The position numbers and the translations under genes were made by a program. From assembly GCA_018268955.1 (NCBI GenBank), contig JAFDVO010000012.1, positions 128,215 to 192,214 on the forward strand: DNA of 64,000 bases. The letters are read 5' to 3'. Positions 29,961 to 38,742 of this stretch are shown here, piece after piece. A model generated the notes under the pieces. That model was not told where the DNA came from, did not search any database, and was given only the letters and a program-made list of their open reading frames with translations. The stretch is from Acidobacteriota bacterium. GTDB lineage: Bacteria; Acidobacteriota; Vicinamibacteria; Vicinamibacterales; CAVVIG01. Positions within the stretch are counted from its first letter, which is position 1. Every line of letters begins with the position of its first letter.

Positions 29961-30740
29961 TCACGGGCGGAACAGCGCGTGGAAGTTCGCCGTGGTGACC
30001 TTGTCGAGTTCCGCGACGGAAATGCCCTTGAGCGCGGCCAGCGTCTCGGCCGTGTGGATCATGCGCGACGGCTCGTTACGCGCGCCCCGGTGTGGAGCAG
30101 GCGTCAGGAACGGGCTGTCGGTCTCGAGGAGCAGGCGATCGAGCGGTACCTGCCGCGCGATGTTCCTGAGGTCCTGCGCGTTGGGGAACGTCAGCACGCC
30201 AGCCAGCGAGATGTAGAAGCCGAGGTCGAGCGCCGCGCTCGCGAGATCTGCGGTGCCGGTGAAGCAGTGCATCACACCCTTCACTTCCCCGCCGCCCGCG
30301 CTCTTCAGCGCATCGATCGTGTCGGTGTCCGCCTCGCGGGAGTGCACCACGATCGGCAGCTTGAGCTCCCGGGCGAGCCGAATCTGCGCCCGGAAGACCG
30401 CCTGCTGCGTCGCCCGCGGCGAGTAGTCGTAGTGGTAGTCGAGCCCAATCTCACCCACGGCGCGCGCGTACGGCGTCCGCTTGATCTGCTCCCGGACCTT
30501 CTCCACCGCACCGAGCGCGTTCCCATTGAATTGATGCGCGTGGTGCGGGTGCACGCCGATCGAGACCCGCACGTCGTTCCAGAGGCCGTGCACTTTCTTC
30601 GCCTGGGCTTCTTCCTTGGCGTTCCCGGCTTCGAGGATGACCAGCACCCGCTCGAATCCTGCCTCCTTCGTGCGCGTGATCACGTCGGGCAGGTCGGCTT
30701 CGAACACCTCGTCGGCAAGATGGCAATGGGAATCAATCAT
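29961..30740 (-). CDS. tatD: TatD-family metal-dependent hydrolase/DNase
   Basis: MIDSHCHL..., GEIGLDYHY, VVHSREA, MHCFTG, LETDSPFL: the full TatD motif set. Confidence 0.9.
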   Translation of the reverse strand: MIDSHCHLADEVFEADLPDVITRTKEAGFERVLVILEAGNAKEEAQAKKVHGLWNDVRVSIGVHPHHAHQFNGNALGAVEKVREQIKRTPYARAVGEIGLDYHYDYSPRATQQAVFRAQIRLARELKLPIVVHSREADTDTIDALKSAGGGEVKGVMHCFTGTADLASAALDLGFYISLAGVLTFPNAQDLRNIARQVPLDRLLLETDSPFLTPAPHRGARNEPSRMIHTAETLAALKGISVAELDKVTTANFHALFRP

Positions 30741-30913
30741 CGGATGCGAAGGCAGTCGGCGCGCCGACTACGGAATTCCCGGAACCCGCAGTGGGCCTGG
30801 GCTGGTGCATAACGGCGCGGGGCTTCACGCCCCGGCCATTGACGAGCTTACCACCTATCTATCGTCGTGCCCGTCCGTGCGCAGCAGAGGTGGATCCTGA
30901 TTCCCGAAAGACA

Positions 30914-32923
30914 TCAGCGCACGCGAGAGCCGGGCGGCAGGTCGGTCTCGAACCCGACGAGGAACGGCCGGCCCCCTTCGGCGCTGCCGGCGAGCACCAT
31001 CCCGTTCGATTCGATGCCCATCAGCTTCGCAGGCTTCAGGTTGAACACGATCGCGACCGTGCGATTCACGAGGGCTTCGGGCTCGTAGGCTTCCGCGATG
31101 CCGGCGACGATGGTGCGCGTATCGAGACCGGTGTCGACGCGCAGCTTCATCAGCTTCTTCGACTTGGGTACGCGTTCGGCCTCGAGGATCTTTGCCACCC
31201 GGAGGTCCACTTTCATGAACTCGTCATAGGAGATCTGCTCCGCCACGGGAGCCTCCTGCGCCGGGGTCGCAGCGGGCGCGGGCGCCGGCGCGGCCGCAGG
31301 AGCAGCCTGTGGAGCGGGTTTGGCCGGTGAGGCCGTCGATGATGCGGTCGGTTCGTGTGCCATGTCTCGAAGTGCCTCCACGGTAAGTTCGATTCGCGGG
31401 AACAGGGGCGCGGTCTGGCCGAGCGCCGTTCCCGGTTGCAGCGTGCCGGCCGCCAGCGTCGACCAGGAGGCCGGATGCGCCGGGCAGCCAAGCATCTCGA
31501 GCATGCGCCCGGCCGTCGTCGGCATGAACGGACGCAGCAGTTCGGCGATGACGCGCAGCGCATCGGCCGGCACGAAGAGGGATGTCTCCAGCTCCGCGCG
31601 ACGGTCCGGGTCCTTTGCGAGCTTCCATGGCTCGCGCGCCACGATGTAGCGGTTCGTCAACCCGACGAGTTCCCAGATGTCCCGCAGCGCAACGCTCAGC
31701 TGGAAGGTGCCGATCGCCGCCTTCACCTGCCCAACCAAGGCAGACGCCGCGTCGAGCACCGCGCGCTCCTCGCTCCTCGCGAGCAGGGCAGGGCTCGGCT
31801 GTGGCACGCGCCCACCACATGTGCGATGCAGCAGCGTCACCACGCGGCTGGCGAGGTTGCCGAGGTCGTTCGCCAGGTCTGCCTTGTAGCGACCCAGAAT
31901 CGCCTCGTCCGTGAAGCTGGCGTCCTGCCCGAACACCATCTCGCGAAAGACGAAGTAGCGGAAGGCGTCGAGGCCAAAGCGCGCGATGTAGTCGTGGGGA
32001 CGCACGACGTTCCCCTTCGACTTCGACATCTTCGCGCCCTCCATCAGCCACCAGCCGTGGCTCACGATCTGGCGCGGCAGCGGCAGGCCGGCGGCCAGCA
32101 GGAACGCCGGCCAATAGATGGCGTGCTGTCGCACGATCTCCTTGCCGATGAGATGCACATCGGCCGGCCAGAACTTCTCGAAGCGGGCCTGGTCGAGCGG
32201 GTCGTCGGACCCGTAGCCCGCGGCGGTCATGTAGTTCGTCAGCGCGTCGAACCACACGTACATGACGTGCGCGGGATCGTCCGGCACCGGGATGCCCCAC
32301 GTGAAGGACGTGCGGCTGACGCTCAGGTCCTCGAGCCCTCCTTCCAGGAAGGCCATCACCTCGTTCCGCCGCGCGGCCGGTGTCACGAACTCGGGATGCG
32401 ACCGGTAGTGCTCCAGCAACGGCTGCTGCAGCGCCGACAGCTTGAAGAAGTAGCTCTCCTCGGAGATCTTCTCGACAACCCCGCCACACGTGGGACAGCG
32501 GCCGTCCACCAGTTGCGTCTCCGGGACGAAGACCTCGTCCACCGTGCAGTACCAGCCTTCGTACTTCCCCTTGTAGATGTAGCCGTTGTCGCGCACGCTG
32601 CGCCACAACGCCTGCACCGATGCGTAGTGACGCGGCTCGGTCGTGCGGATGAAGTCGTCGTTCGACGCGTTGATCTCCGGGAGCAGCGCCTCGAACGAAC
32701 GGGCGACCCGATCGGCGAACGCGCGAGGCGCGAGCCCCGCCTTCTGGGCGGCCCGCTCCACCTTCTGGCCGTGCTCGTCCGTGCCCGTCAGGAAGAACAC
32801 GTCCTCGCCCATCAGGCGGTGCGCACGGGCCACGGCGTCGGCCACCATGGTCGTGTAGGCATGCCCGAGGTGGGGCTCGGCGTTGATGTAGTAGATCGGC
32901 GTCGTGATGTAGAAGCGGCTCAC
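30914..32923 (-). CDS. metG: Methionine--tRNA ligase with a C-terminal tRNA-binding (EMAP-like) domain
   Basis: FYITTPIYYINAEPHLGHAYT (HIGH), GAKMSKSKGN (KMSKS), a zinc knuckle CPTCGG, and a C-terminal VAKILEAERVPKSKKLMKLRVD. Confidence 0.96.
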   Translation of the reverse strand: MSRFYITTPIYYINAEPHLGHAYTTMVADAVARAHRLMGEDVFFLTGTDEHGQKVERAAQKAGLAPRAFADRVARSFEALLPEINASNDDFIRTTEPRHYASVQALWRSVRDNGYIYKGKYEGWYCTVDEVFVPETQLVDGRCPTCGGVVEKISEESYFFKLSALQQPLLEHYRSHPEFVTPAARRNEVMAFLEGGLEDLSVSRTSFTWGIPVPDDPAHVMYVWFDALTNYMTAAGYGSDDPLDQARFEKFWPADVHLIGKEIVRQHAIYWPAFLLAAGLPLPRQIVSHGWWLMEGAKMSKSKGNVVRPHDYIARFGLDAFRYFVFREMVFGQDASFTDEAILGRYKADLANDLGNLASRVVTLLHRTCGGRVPQPSPALLARSEERAVLDAASALVGQVKAAIGTFQLSVALRDIWELVGLTNRYIVAREPWKLAKDPDRRAELETSLFVPADALRVIAELLRPFMPTTAGRMLEMLGCPAHPASWSTLAAGTLQPGTALGQTAPLFPRIELTVEALRDMAHEPTASSTASPAKPAPQAAPAAAPAPAPAATPAQEAPVAEQISYDEFMKVDLRVAKILEAERVPKSKKLMKLRVDTGLDTRTIVAGIAEAYEPEALVNRTVAIVFNLKPAKLMGIESNGMVLAGSAEGGRPFLVGFETDLPPGSRVR

Positions 32924-32933
32924 GGTCCCTCGC

Positions 32934-34256
32934 TTAGAGCGCAGTGGGCGGCGCGCTCGCGCGCGTCGCGTAGGCCTGCAGGGCGATCCCCTGGACCTCC
33001 TTCACCGGCAGGCTGTGACTGCGTGCGAGCGCCACGCAATCCTCGTATTCCGGCGTCGCGTTGACCACGCGCCCTGCGCGGAATGCTTCCTTGAACCGCA
33101 CCGGGCCGAGCGGGGTCTCGACGGTGATGATCGCACGCGGCAGGCACTCGCGCGCCACCTCGTGATACCGGAGACCGATCGTGCTCGTCTCCTGGAACAC
33201 CACGTCCACCATCGCGGCCTGCAGATCGGGCGGGGCGATCACGGTCAGCAGTGTACCCGGCCGGTTCTTCTTCATCTGCACCGGCACGTAGAACACCTCG
33301 AGCGCGCCCGCCGCATAGAGCCGCTCCATGGCCGCGCCGAAGAGCTGGGGGTTCATGTCGTCGATCTCGCACTCGATGACGACCACCCGGTCGCTGACCG
33401 GGCGATGCGCCTCCTGGCCGATGACGATGCGGAGCACGTTCGGTGTGCCCGGGTTGTCGCGGGTGCCAGCCCCGTAGCCAATCCGCTCGATGCTCATCGC
33501 CGGCAACGGCCCGAACGACGACGCGTAGGTCGTGGCCAGCAGCGCCCCGGTCGGGGTGACGAGCTCCTTCTGCACGGCGCCGCTGTAGACGGGCGCACTC
33601 CCGAGGAGCGCGAGCGTTGCCGGGGCGGGGACCGGAAACAGCCCGTGCTCCGACCGCACCATGCCGCCACCCACGTTCAGCGGCGAACAGACCACCCGGT
33701 CGACCCCCGCCCACTCCATCGCGAACACGCCCCCGACGATGTCGATGATCGAGTCGATGGCGCCGACCTCGTGCAGGTGCACCTCCTCCACCGGCATCCG
33801 GTGGATGCGGGCCTCGGCGTCCGCCAGCCGATCGAACATCGACCTCGCCCGCTGCTTCCCCACCGACGAAAGCGCGCTGCCTTCGATCAACGCGTGGATC
33901 TCGGGCAGGGTGCGGTGATGATGGCCGGCGGCATGCGAGTGGCTGTGGACGTGGACGGTCCCGTCAGGACCCGTGTGGCTGTGCGTGTGCTCGTGGAGGC
34001 GACCGTCCGATGTCGCGAACCCGTGCGGCTCGTCATGCCCGTGATCGTGGGCCACCGTCTCGCCGCTCACCACGAAGTGCGTGGCGGCAACGCCGGCGCG
34101 AAGCACGGGGACCGCGTCCACGCTGTAACCGGGCAGCAGCACGCTCCCGAGCGCCGTCCGCAGGTCATCGAGCGGCAGGCCCGCATCGAGGAACGCGCCC
34201 AGGAGCATGTCTCCCGAGATCCCCGAGAAGGCGTCCAGATACAGCACGCGCGCCAC
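32934..34256 (-). CDS. larC: LarC-family nickel insertion protein (nickel-pincer cofactor biosynthesis; DUF111)
   Basis: LYLDAFSGISGDMLLGAFLDAG and a His-rich stretch HDHGHDEPH...HEHTHSHTGPDGTVHVHSHSHAAGHHHR. GTG start overlaps the radC stop by 1 nt. Confidence 0.85.
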   Translation of the reverse strand: MARVLYLDAFSGISGDMLLGAFLDAGLPLDDLRTALGSVLLPGYSVDAVPVLRAGVAATHFVVSGETVAHDHGHDEPHGFATSDGRLHEHTHSHTGPDGTVHVHSHSHAAGHHHRTLPEIHALIEGSALSSVGKQRARSMFDRLADAEARIHRMPVEEVHLHEVGAIDSIIDIVGGVFAMEWAGVDRVVCSPLNVGGGMVRSEHGLFPVPAPATLALLGSAPVYSGAVQKELVTPTGALLATTYASSFGPLPAMSIERIGYGAGTRDNPGTPNVLRIVIGQEAHRPVSDRVVVIECEIDDMNPQLFGAAMERLYAAGALEVFYVPVQMKKNRPGTLLTVIAPPDLQAAMVDVVFQETSTIGLRYHEVARECLPRAIITVETPLGPVRFKEAFRAGRVVNATPEYEDCVALARSHSLPVKEVQGIALQAYATRASAPPTAL

Positions 34257-34924
34257 TAGATCTGCCCCATCTCCTTCAAGCTGCAGTACCGGACGTCGCC
34301 GAGCACGATGTGGTCGACAACCTCGATGCCCATCAACACCCCGGCGGCACGCAACCGCCGCGTCAACTCGATATCCTCGGGACTTGGGCTGGGATCACCC
34401 GACGGGTGGTTGTGGAAGACCACGACCGCGGCAGCCGTACCCACGACCGCCTCGCGAAAGACATCCCGCGGCTGGACGATGGTGGAGTTGAGCGTGCCGG
34501 ACGCGACGATCGTCGTCCGCAGCACGCGGTGCCGCGTGTCCAGCAGCACCACCCCGAACTGCTCCACCGGCCGGCCGCCATACGCGGGCAGCAGGAACGC
34601 CGCGGCGTCCCTGGGCGAGCGCAACTGTGGACGTGCATGCATGCCGCTCCGCAACGTGCGTCGTCCGAGTTCGACCGCAGCCAGCACCTGCGCGGCCCTG
34701 GCACGCCCCACCCCGCCGACCAGCGCGAGATCGTCCGCTGACGCCTGCCCGAGACCGTAGAGCCCGCCTCGCCGTCGCAGCAGTTCGTTCGCCACGTCGA
34801 GTGCGTCAGCGCGACGTGTCCCGCTGCCGACGACGATCGCCAGCAGCTCGTTGTCGCCGAGCGCCGCCGCGCCGTGGCGCAACAACTTCTCCCTCGGGCG
34901 ATCGTCAGGCGCAAGGTCTTTCAT
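34256..34924 (-). CDS. radC: RadC-family JAB/MPN-domain protein
   Basis: DRPREKLLRHGAAALGDNELLAIVVGSG and the JAMM motif VVFHNHPSGDPSPSPEDIELTRRL. Confidence 0.9.
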   Translation of the reverse strand: MKDLAPDDRPREKLLRHGAAALGDNELLAIVVGSGTRRADALDVANELLRRRGGLYGLGQASADDLALVGGVGRARAAQVLAAVELGRRTLRSGMHARPQLRSPRDAAAFLLPAYGGRPVEQFGVVLLDTRHRVLRTTIVASGTLNSTIVQPRDVFREAVVGTAAAVVVFHNHPSGDPSPSPEDIELTRRLRAAGVLMGIEVVDHIVLGDVRYCSLKEMGQI

Positions 34925-34962
34925 CGTACTACACCGAAATGCGTACGCGTATACTGCGGAGG

Positions 34963-35547
34963 ATGTCCCTTCGACCGACGTTCGTGTCTGCGCTCTGTCT
35001 CGTGCTGGCTCTCACCATCGGGTGTGGAGGCGAGCCACCTGAGAAGGAAATGCAGCAGGCCGAAGGTGCGATCGCCGCAGCACGTGCCGCGGGCGCCGAC
35101 CGGTACGCGACGGATGAATACGCCGCGGCGGAAGCCGCCCTGGCGCATGCGCGGGACGCGGTGACCGAGCGCGACTACCGTATGGCCCTCGATCGCGCGC
35201 TCGACAGCCGCGAACGTGCCCAGAACGCCGCACGACAGGCCGCGGACGCCAAGGCGGTCGCCCGGGGCGAAGCGGAACGGGCACTCAGTGCGGCGCAGGC
35301 AGACCTCGACGCCGCGGACCAGCGCCTCGAGGCGGCGAAGTCCGCGAAGGCGCCAGCGCGCCTGCTGGTGGCACCGCAGAAGACCATCGACACTGCGCGG
35401 GCATCTCTGCAAGAAGCGCGCGCGCTGTTCGAGAAGGGCGACTACCTCGAGGTGCCTGGGCGCGCCAAGGCCGCAACTGCTTCACTGCCCACAGCATCGG
35501 ACGCGATCGCGGCTGCCGCTGCTCCAGCCCCACGCCGTCGTCGATAA
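34963..35547 (+). CDS. Lipoprotein, alpha-helical Ala-rich (DUF4398-like)
   Basis: Lipobox LALTIGC after MSLRPTFVSALCLV, with SD GCGGAGG upstream. ADRYATDEYAAAEAALAHARDAV is the DUF4398-type helix pattern. The track ORF start (34627) is over-extended. Confidence 0.7.
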   Translation: MSLRPTFVSALCLVLALTIGCGGEPPEKEMQQAEGAIAAARAAGADRYATDEYAAAEAALAHARDAVTERDYRMALDRALDSRERAQNAARQAADAKAVARGEAERALSAAQADLDAADQRLEAAKSAKAPARLLVAPQKTIDTARASLQEARALFEKGDYLEVPGRAKAATASLPTASDAIAAAAAPAPRRRR

Positions 35548-35606
35548 CCTCACGAGCGCAGAATCTGCGACCCGCAGACGCTCGCCTCAGTGCGGCGCGT
35601 GCAGCG

Positions 35607-36413
35607 TCAGGCGTGCGGCAGCAGGCGCAGCCACTCGCCCTCGCAAAGGACCTCGGCCCACCCGGTGAGATAGACGCTCTCCTGCGTCCACTCCACGCGC
35701 TGCGTCCCGCCAGGAGCGACGACCTGGGCATCACGTGCGGCGCCGCCGTACGCGGCCGCGGCGACCAGCGACGCGCACGACCCCGTTCCCGATGACGTCG
35801 TCGGGCCACACCCGCGTTCCCAGATGCGGATGCGTACTTCGCCAGGCGACACCACCTGTACGAACTCGATGTTGGTCCCCTGCGGGAACTCACGGTGCCA
35901 CTCAAGCGCCGCGCCGAGCCGATGGAACCGCTCGTCGTCCGGCAACTGGTTCACGAGGATGAGCAGTTGCGGGTTGCCGATGTTCAGCACCACGACATCG
36001 AGCAGTTCGCCAGCCGCCTCGATCCGGCGCTGATGCAGGCCGGTCGGCACGCCCATCGATGCGCGGAACAGGTGACGGTTCCCCTGTCGCTCCAGGCGGG
36101 TCAACTGCTTGATGCCGCCTTCCGTCTGAATCGCCAGGTGGAGCGGGCCGTCCGGCACCGCCATCCCGAGCAGCGCACCCAGCGCCCGAACGCCGTTCCC
36201 GGATACCTCCGCTCGGCTGCCATCGGAATTCCAGAGCCGCATCTGCGCGCCGCCAGACGTGGGGGTGAAGAGGATCAGTCCATCGGCGCCGACCCCCATG
36301 TGCCGGTCGCACATCTCCCGCGCCAATGCAGGCTCATCGGCACCCGCGACGAGGGAGTGGCTGACGTACAGGAAGTCGTTGCCGTAGGCGTGAGCTTTGG
36401 CGAATCGGATCAT
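35607..36413 (-). CDS. dapF: Diaminopimelate-epimerase (DapF) homologue with both catalytic Cys positions occupied by Ser
   Basis: MIRFAKAHAYGNDFLYV, IGNPQLLILV, REFPQGTNIEFVQVV and IWERGCGPT align by eye with E. coli DapF. The QCGNGARC position reads VSGNGVRA, and QACGSGA reads TSSGTGS. Start ATG 36413 overlaps the upstream stop (ATGA). Confidence 0.8.
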   Translation of the reverse strand: MIRFAKAHAYGNDFLYVSHSLVAGADEPALAREMCDRHMGVGADGLILFTPTSGGAQMRLWNSDGSRAEVSGNGVRALGALLGMAVPDGPLHLAIQTEGGIKQLTRLERQGNRHLFRASMGVPTGLHQRRIEAAGELLDVVVLNIGNPQLLILVNQLPDDERFHRLGAALEWHREFPQGTNIEFVQVVSPGEVRIRIWERGCGPTTSSGTGSCASLVAAAAYGGAARDAQVVAPGGTQRVEWTQESVYLTGWAEVLCEGEWLRLLPHA

Positions 36414-37219
36414 TTGCGACAGAAGGCAAGCAGGTGCCAGCCGAACCGCTCGACCAGCGGGCGCGGCAGCACGTTGAACGTCCCGACAAAGAGGCCGTTG
36501 TAGACCGCGCCCTTCCATCCGCCGTGCAGACGCGACTTCACCGGGAACCGCTCGGGAACGACGCGGACCTGGCTGAAGCCGGATACCAGCTGCCGAAACT
36601 CGCCGATGCTGAACTTCAGCAGCACCGGCGCATCGTCATGCTCCAGCCCGACCTTCATCAGCTTCGAGAGGGCGTTCAGCCAGGAGATGCGGTTGTAGAC
36701 CTGGAAGATGGCTTCGCCACCCGGCTTGAGCACACGGCGGACCTCGTTCACCAGTTGCTGCGGGTATGCGGTGTACTGCACGACGCCGTGGGCGAACACG
36801 AGGTCGAACACGTTGTCCTCGAACGGCAGTGCCTCGCCGTTCGCGACGCGCAGATCGGCGTGGAGCCCCTGCTGCTCGAAGTTGGCCTTCGCGAGCGCGA
36901 TGGCTGACTGCGCGAGGTCCACGCCCGTCACGATCGCGCCGCCCTTCGCGAACCGCGCGAGGTCCACGCCGGCGCCGCAGCCGACGTCGAGCACCGACCT
37001 GCCCCGGTAGCCGTCGAAGTCGATCAGCCGCAGCAGGTGGTGCAGTTTCTCGAAGTGATACTGATCGAGGTCGTCGAAGAAGCCGCGAGACCCCGGAGGG
37101 TTGGTCGAGATCTCGAGGTCATGGATATGCTGTTCCCAGTAGGCGCGGACTTCGTCGACGGTGGCCACGCTGGATACTATATCGTGAGCCTCACGTGCCC
37201 CCAGCCCTGCCTCCGACAC
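36410..37219 (-). CDS. Class I SAM-dependent methyltransferase (type 11-like)
   Basis: SAM motif VLDVGCGAGVDLARFAKGGAIVTGVDL and post-I/II motifs ...PFEDNVFDLVFAHGVVQY, VLKPGGEAIF. The start is uncertain: ATG 37219 would overlap the divergent glpD-like start, and GTG 37168 is the alternative. Confidence 0.8.
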   Translation of the reverse strand: MSEAGLGAREAHDIVSSVATVDEVRAYWEQHIHDLEISTNPPGSRGFFDDLDQYHFEKLHHLLRLIDFDGYRGRSVLDVGCGAGVDLARFAKGGAIVTGVDLAQSAIALAKANFEQQGLHADLRVANGEALPFEDNVFDLVFAHGVVQYTAYPQQLVNEVRRVLKPGGEAIFQVYNRISWLNALSKLMKVGLEHDDAPVLLKFSIGEFRQLVSGFSQVRVVPERFPVKSRLHGGWKGAVYNGLFVGTFNVLPRPLVERFGWHLLAFCRK

Positions 37220-38667
37220 TCGTACGCGACCTCGACGCGCTCTCTGCGCAACCGGCCGACCTCCTCGTCATCGGTGGCGGCATCTACGGCCTGACGATCG
37301 CCGCCGATGCGGCGCAACGCGGCCTCGCCGTGGTTCTCGTCGAACGCGGGGACTTCGGGAGCGGTACGTCGTTCAACCACCTTCGCACGATCCACGGGGG
37401 CCTGCGCTATCTGCAGACCCTCGACATCCCGCGTGCACGCGAATCTGTACGCGAGCGACGGACGCTTGCGCGCATCGCCCCCTGGGCCGTGCGCCCGCTG
37501 CCGTTCGTGCTGCCGCTGTACCGCTCGATCACCAAAGGTCCGCTGGCGATGCGTGCAGGGTTCCTGCTCGATCGGCTCGTCGCGCACGACAGGAACGAGG
37601 GCGTGCCTCCGAGCCATCGGCTGCCGGCCGGCCGGGTTCTCTCGCGTGCGGCTGCGCAGCAGCGGTATTCGGAACTGCGCCTGCTCCCGCTCATCGCGGC
37701 TGCCCTGTGGTACGACTACGTCACGGTCGACGCGGATCGGCTCACGCTGTCCTGGGCGCTCTCTGCGGCGACGGCCGGGGCTCGCCTCGCCAACTACGTC
37801 GAGGCAACAGCGCTGCGTGTCAGCAACCGCCGTGTAACGGGGGCTGAGTTTGTGGATCGACTCACAGGTCGCGAGCACGTCGTCTCCGCAGGCGCCGTGA
37901 TCAACGCGACCGGTTCGCGCGTCGACCAGCTCCTGGCACCGCACGGCGCGTCGACGCGCGTGCCAATGCTCCAGGCTGTAAACCTCGTCACCACCAGGCC
38001 GGGCCCGGCTGCCGCCATCGGCGGCCGAAGCGCATCCGGACGCAACCTCTTTCTCGTCCCGTGGCGTGGACGAGCGCTGTTCGGAACCTGGGAGTCCCCG
38101 ACGCTCTGTGGCCCTGATGATCTGCACGTGCCAGATACGCACGTGGACGCGTTCCTCGCTGAGCTGAATGAGGCGTTCCCCGGGTGGGACCTGTCGCGAG
38201 CGGACGTGGCCCTCGTGCATCGGGGCGTGGTGCCGGCGAAGAAGCGGCAGGACGGCTCGCTGGCGCTCGAGGGCGGCGAACTGGTGTTCGAGCACACGCC
38301 TGACGGGCTCGATGGATTGATCAGCGTGGCCGGCACGAAGTACACCACCGCGCGCGCAGTAGCCGAGCGGATTGTGGACCGTGTTTGCGCACGCCTCGGC
38401 CGGCAGCTGCGGTGCGCGTCGATGCTGACGCCGTTGCCCCAGGTGGCGCTCGACGGCGATGCGCTCCTGCGCCACGCCGCGCGGCACGAGATGGTGCAGA
38501 CCCTTGGAGACGCCGTGAAGCGTCGCACGCCGCTCGGTGTGCTTGGGCGGCCGGACAAGGCGCAGCTCGCGCACGCCGCCGCCGTCGTCGGCGCCGAACT
38601 CGGTTGGCCTGTCGCACGACAGGCTGCGGAAGTCGACGCCCTCGAGCGGGACTACCTCTCGGCCTGA
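37195..38667 (+). CDS. glpD: FAD-dependent glycerol-3-phosphate dehydrogenase/oxidase-like oxidoreductase
   Basis: DLLVIGGGIYGLTIAADAAQRGLAVVLVERGDFGSGTSFNHLRTIHGGLRYLQ parallels the GlpD N-terminus. GTG 37195 is the only in-frame start before the GGG loop. The upstream 143 codons of the track ORF are an Arg-rich shadow. Confidence 0.75.
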   Translation: MPPALPPTLVRDLDALSAQPADLLVIGGGIYGLTIAADAAQRGLAVVLVERGDFGSGTSFNHLRTIHGGLRYLQTLDIPRARESVRERRTLARIAPWAVRPLPFVLPLYRSITKGPLAMRAGFLLDRLVAHDRNEGVPPSHRLPAGRVLSRAAAQQRYSELRLLPLIAAALWYDYVTVDADRLTLSWALSAATAGARLANYVEATALRVSNRRVTGAEFVDRLTGREHVVSAGAVINATGSRVDQLLAPHGASTRVPMLQAVNLVTTRPGPAAAIGGRSASGRNLFLVPWRGRALFGTWESPTLCGPDDLHVPDTHVDAFLAELNEAFPGWDLSRADVALVHRGVVPAKKRQDGSLALEGGELVFEHTPDGLDGLISVAGTKYTTARAVAERIVDRVCARLGRQLRCASMLTPLPQVALDGDALLRHAARHEMVQTLGDAVKRRTPLGVLGRPDKAQLAHAAAVVGAELGWPVARQAAEVDALERDYLSA

Positions 38668-38742
38668 ACGACGGGCTCGCCAGCGGCGCTTTTCCGATGC
38701 CGGACGCGGCGTCAGCGGTGCTCACGCCTGTAGACTGTTGCG

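Noticed and set aside
36766-37194. N-terminal 143 codons of the 633-aa ORF 36766..38667
   Set aside because: This stretch is Arg-rich and antisense to the methyltransferase gene. The GlpD-like homology begins just after GTG 37195.
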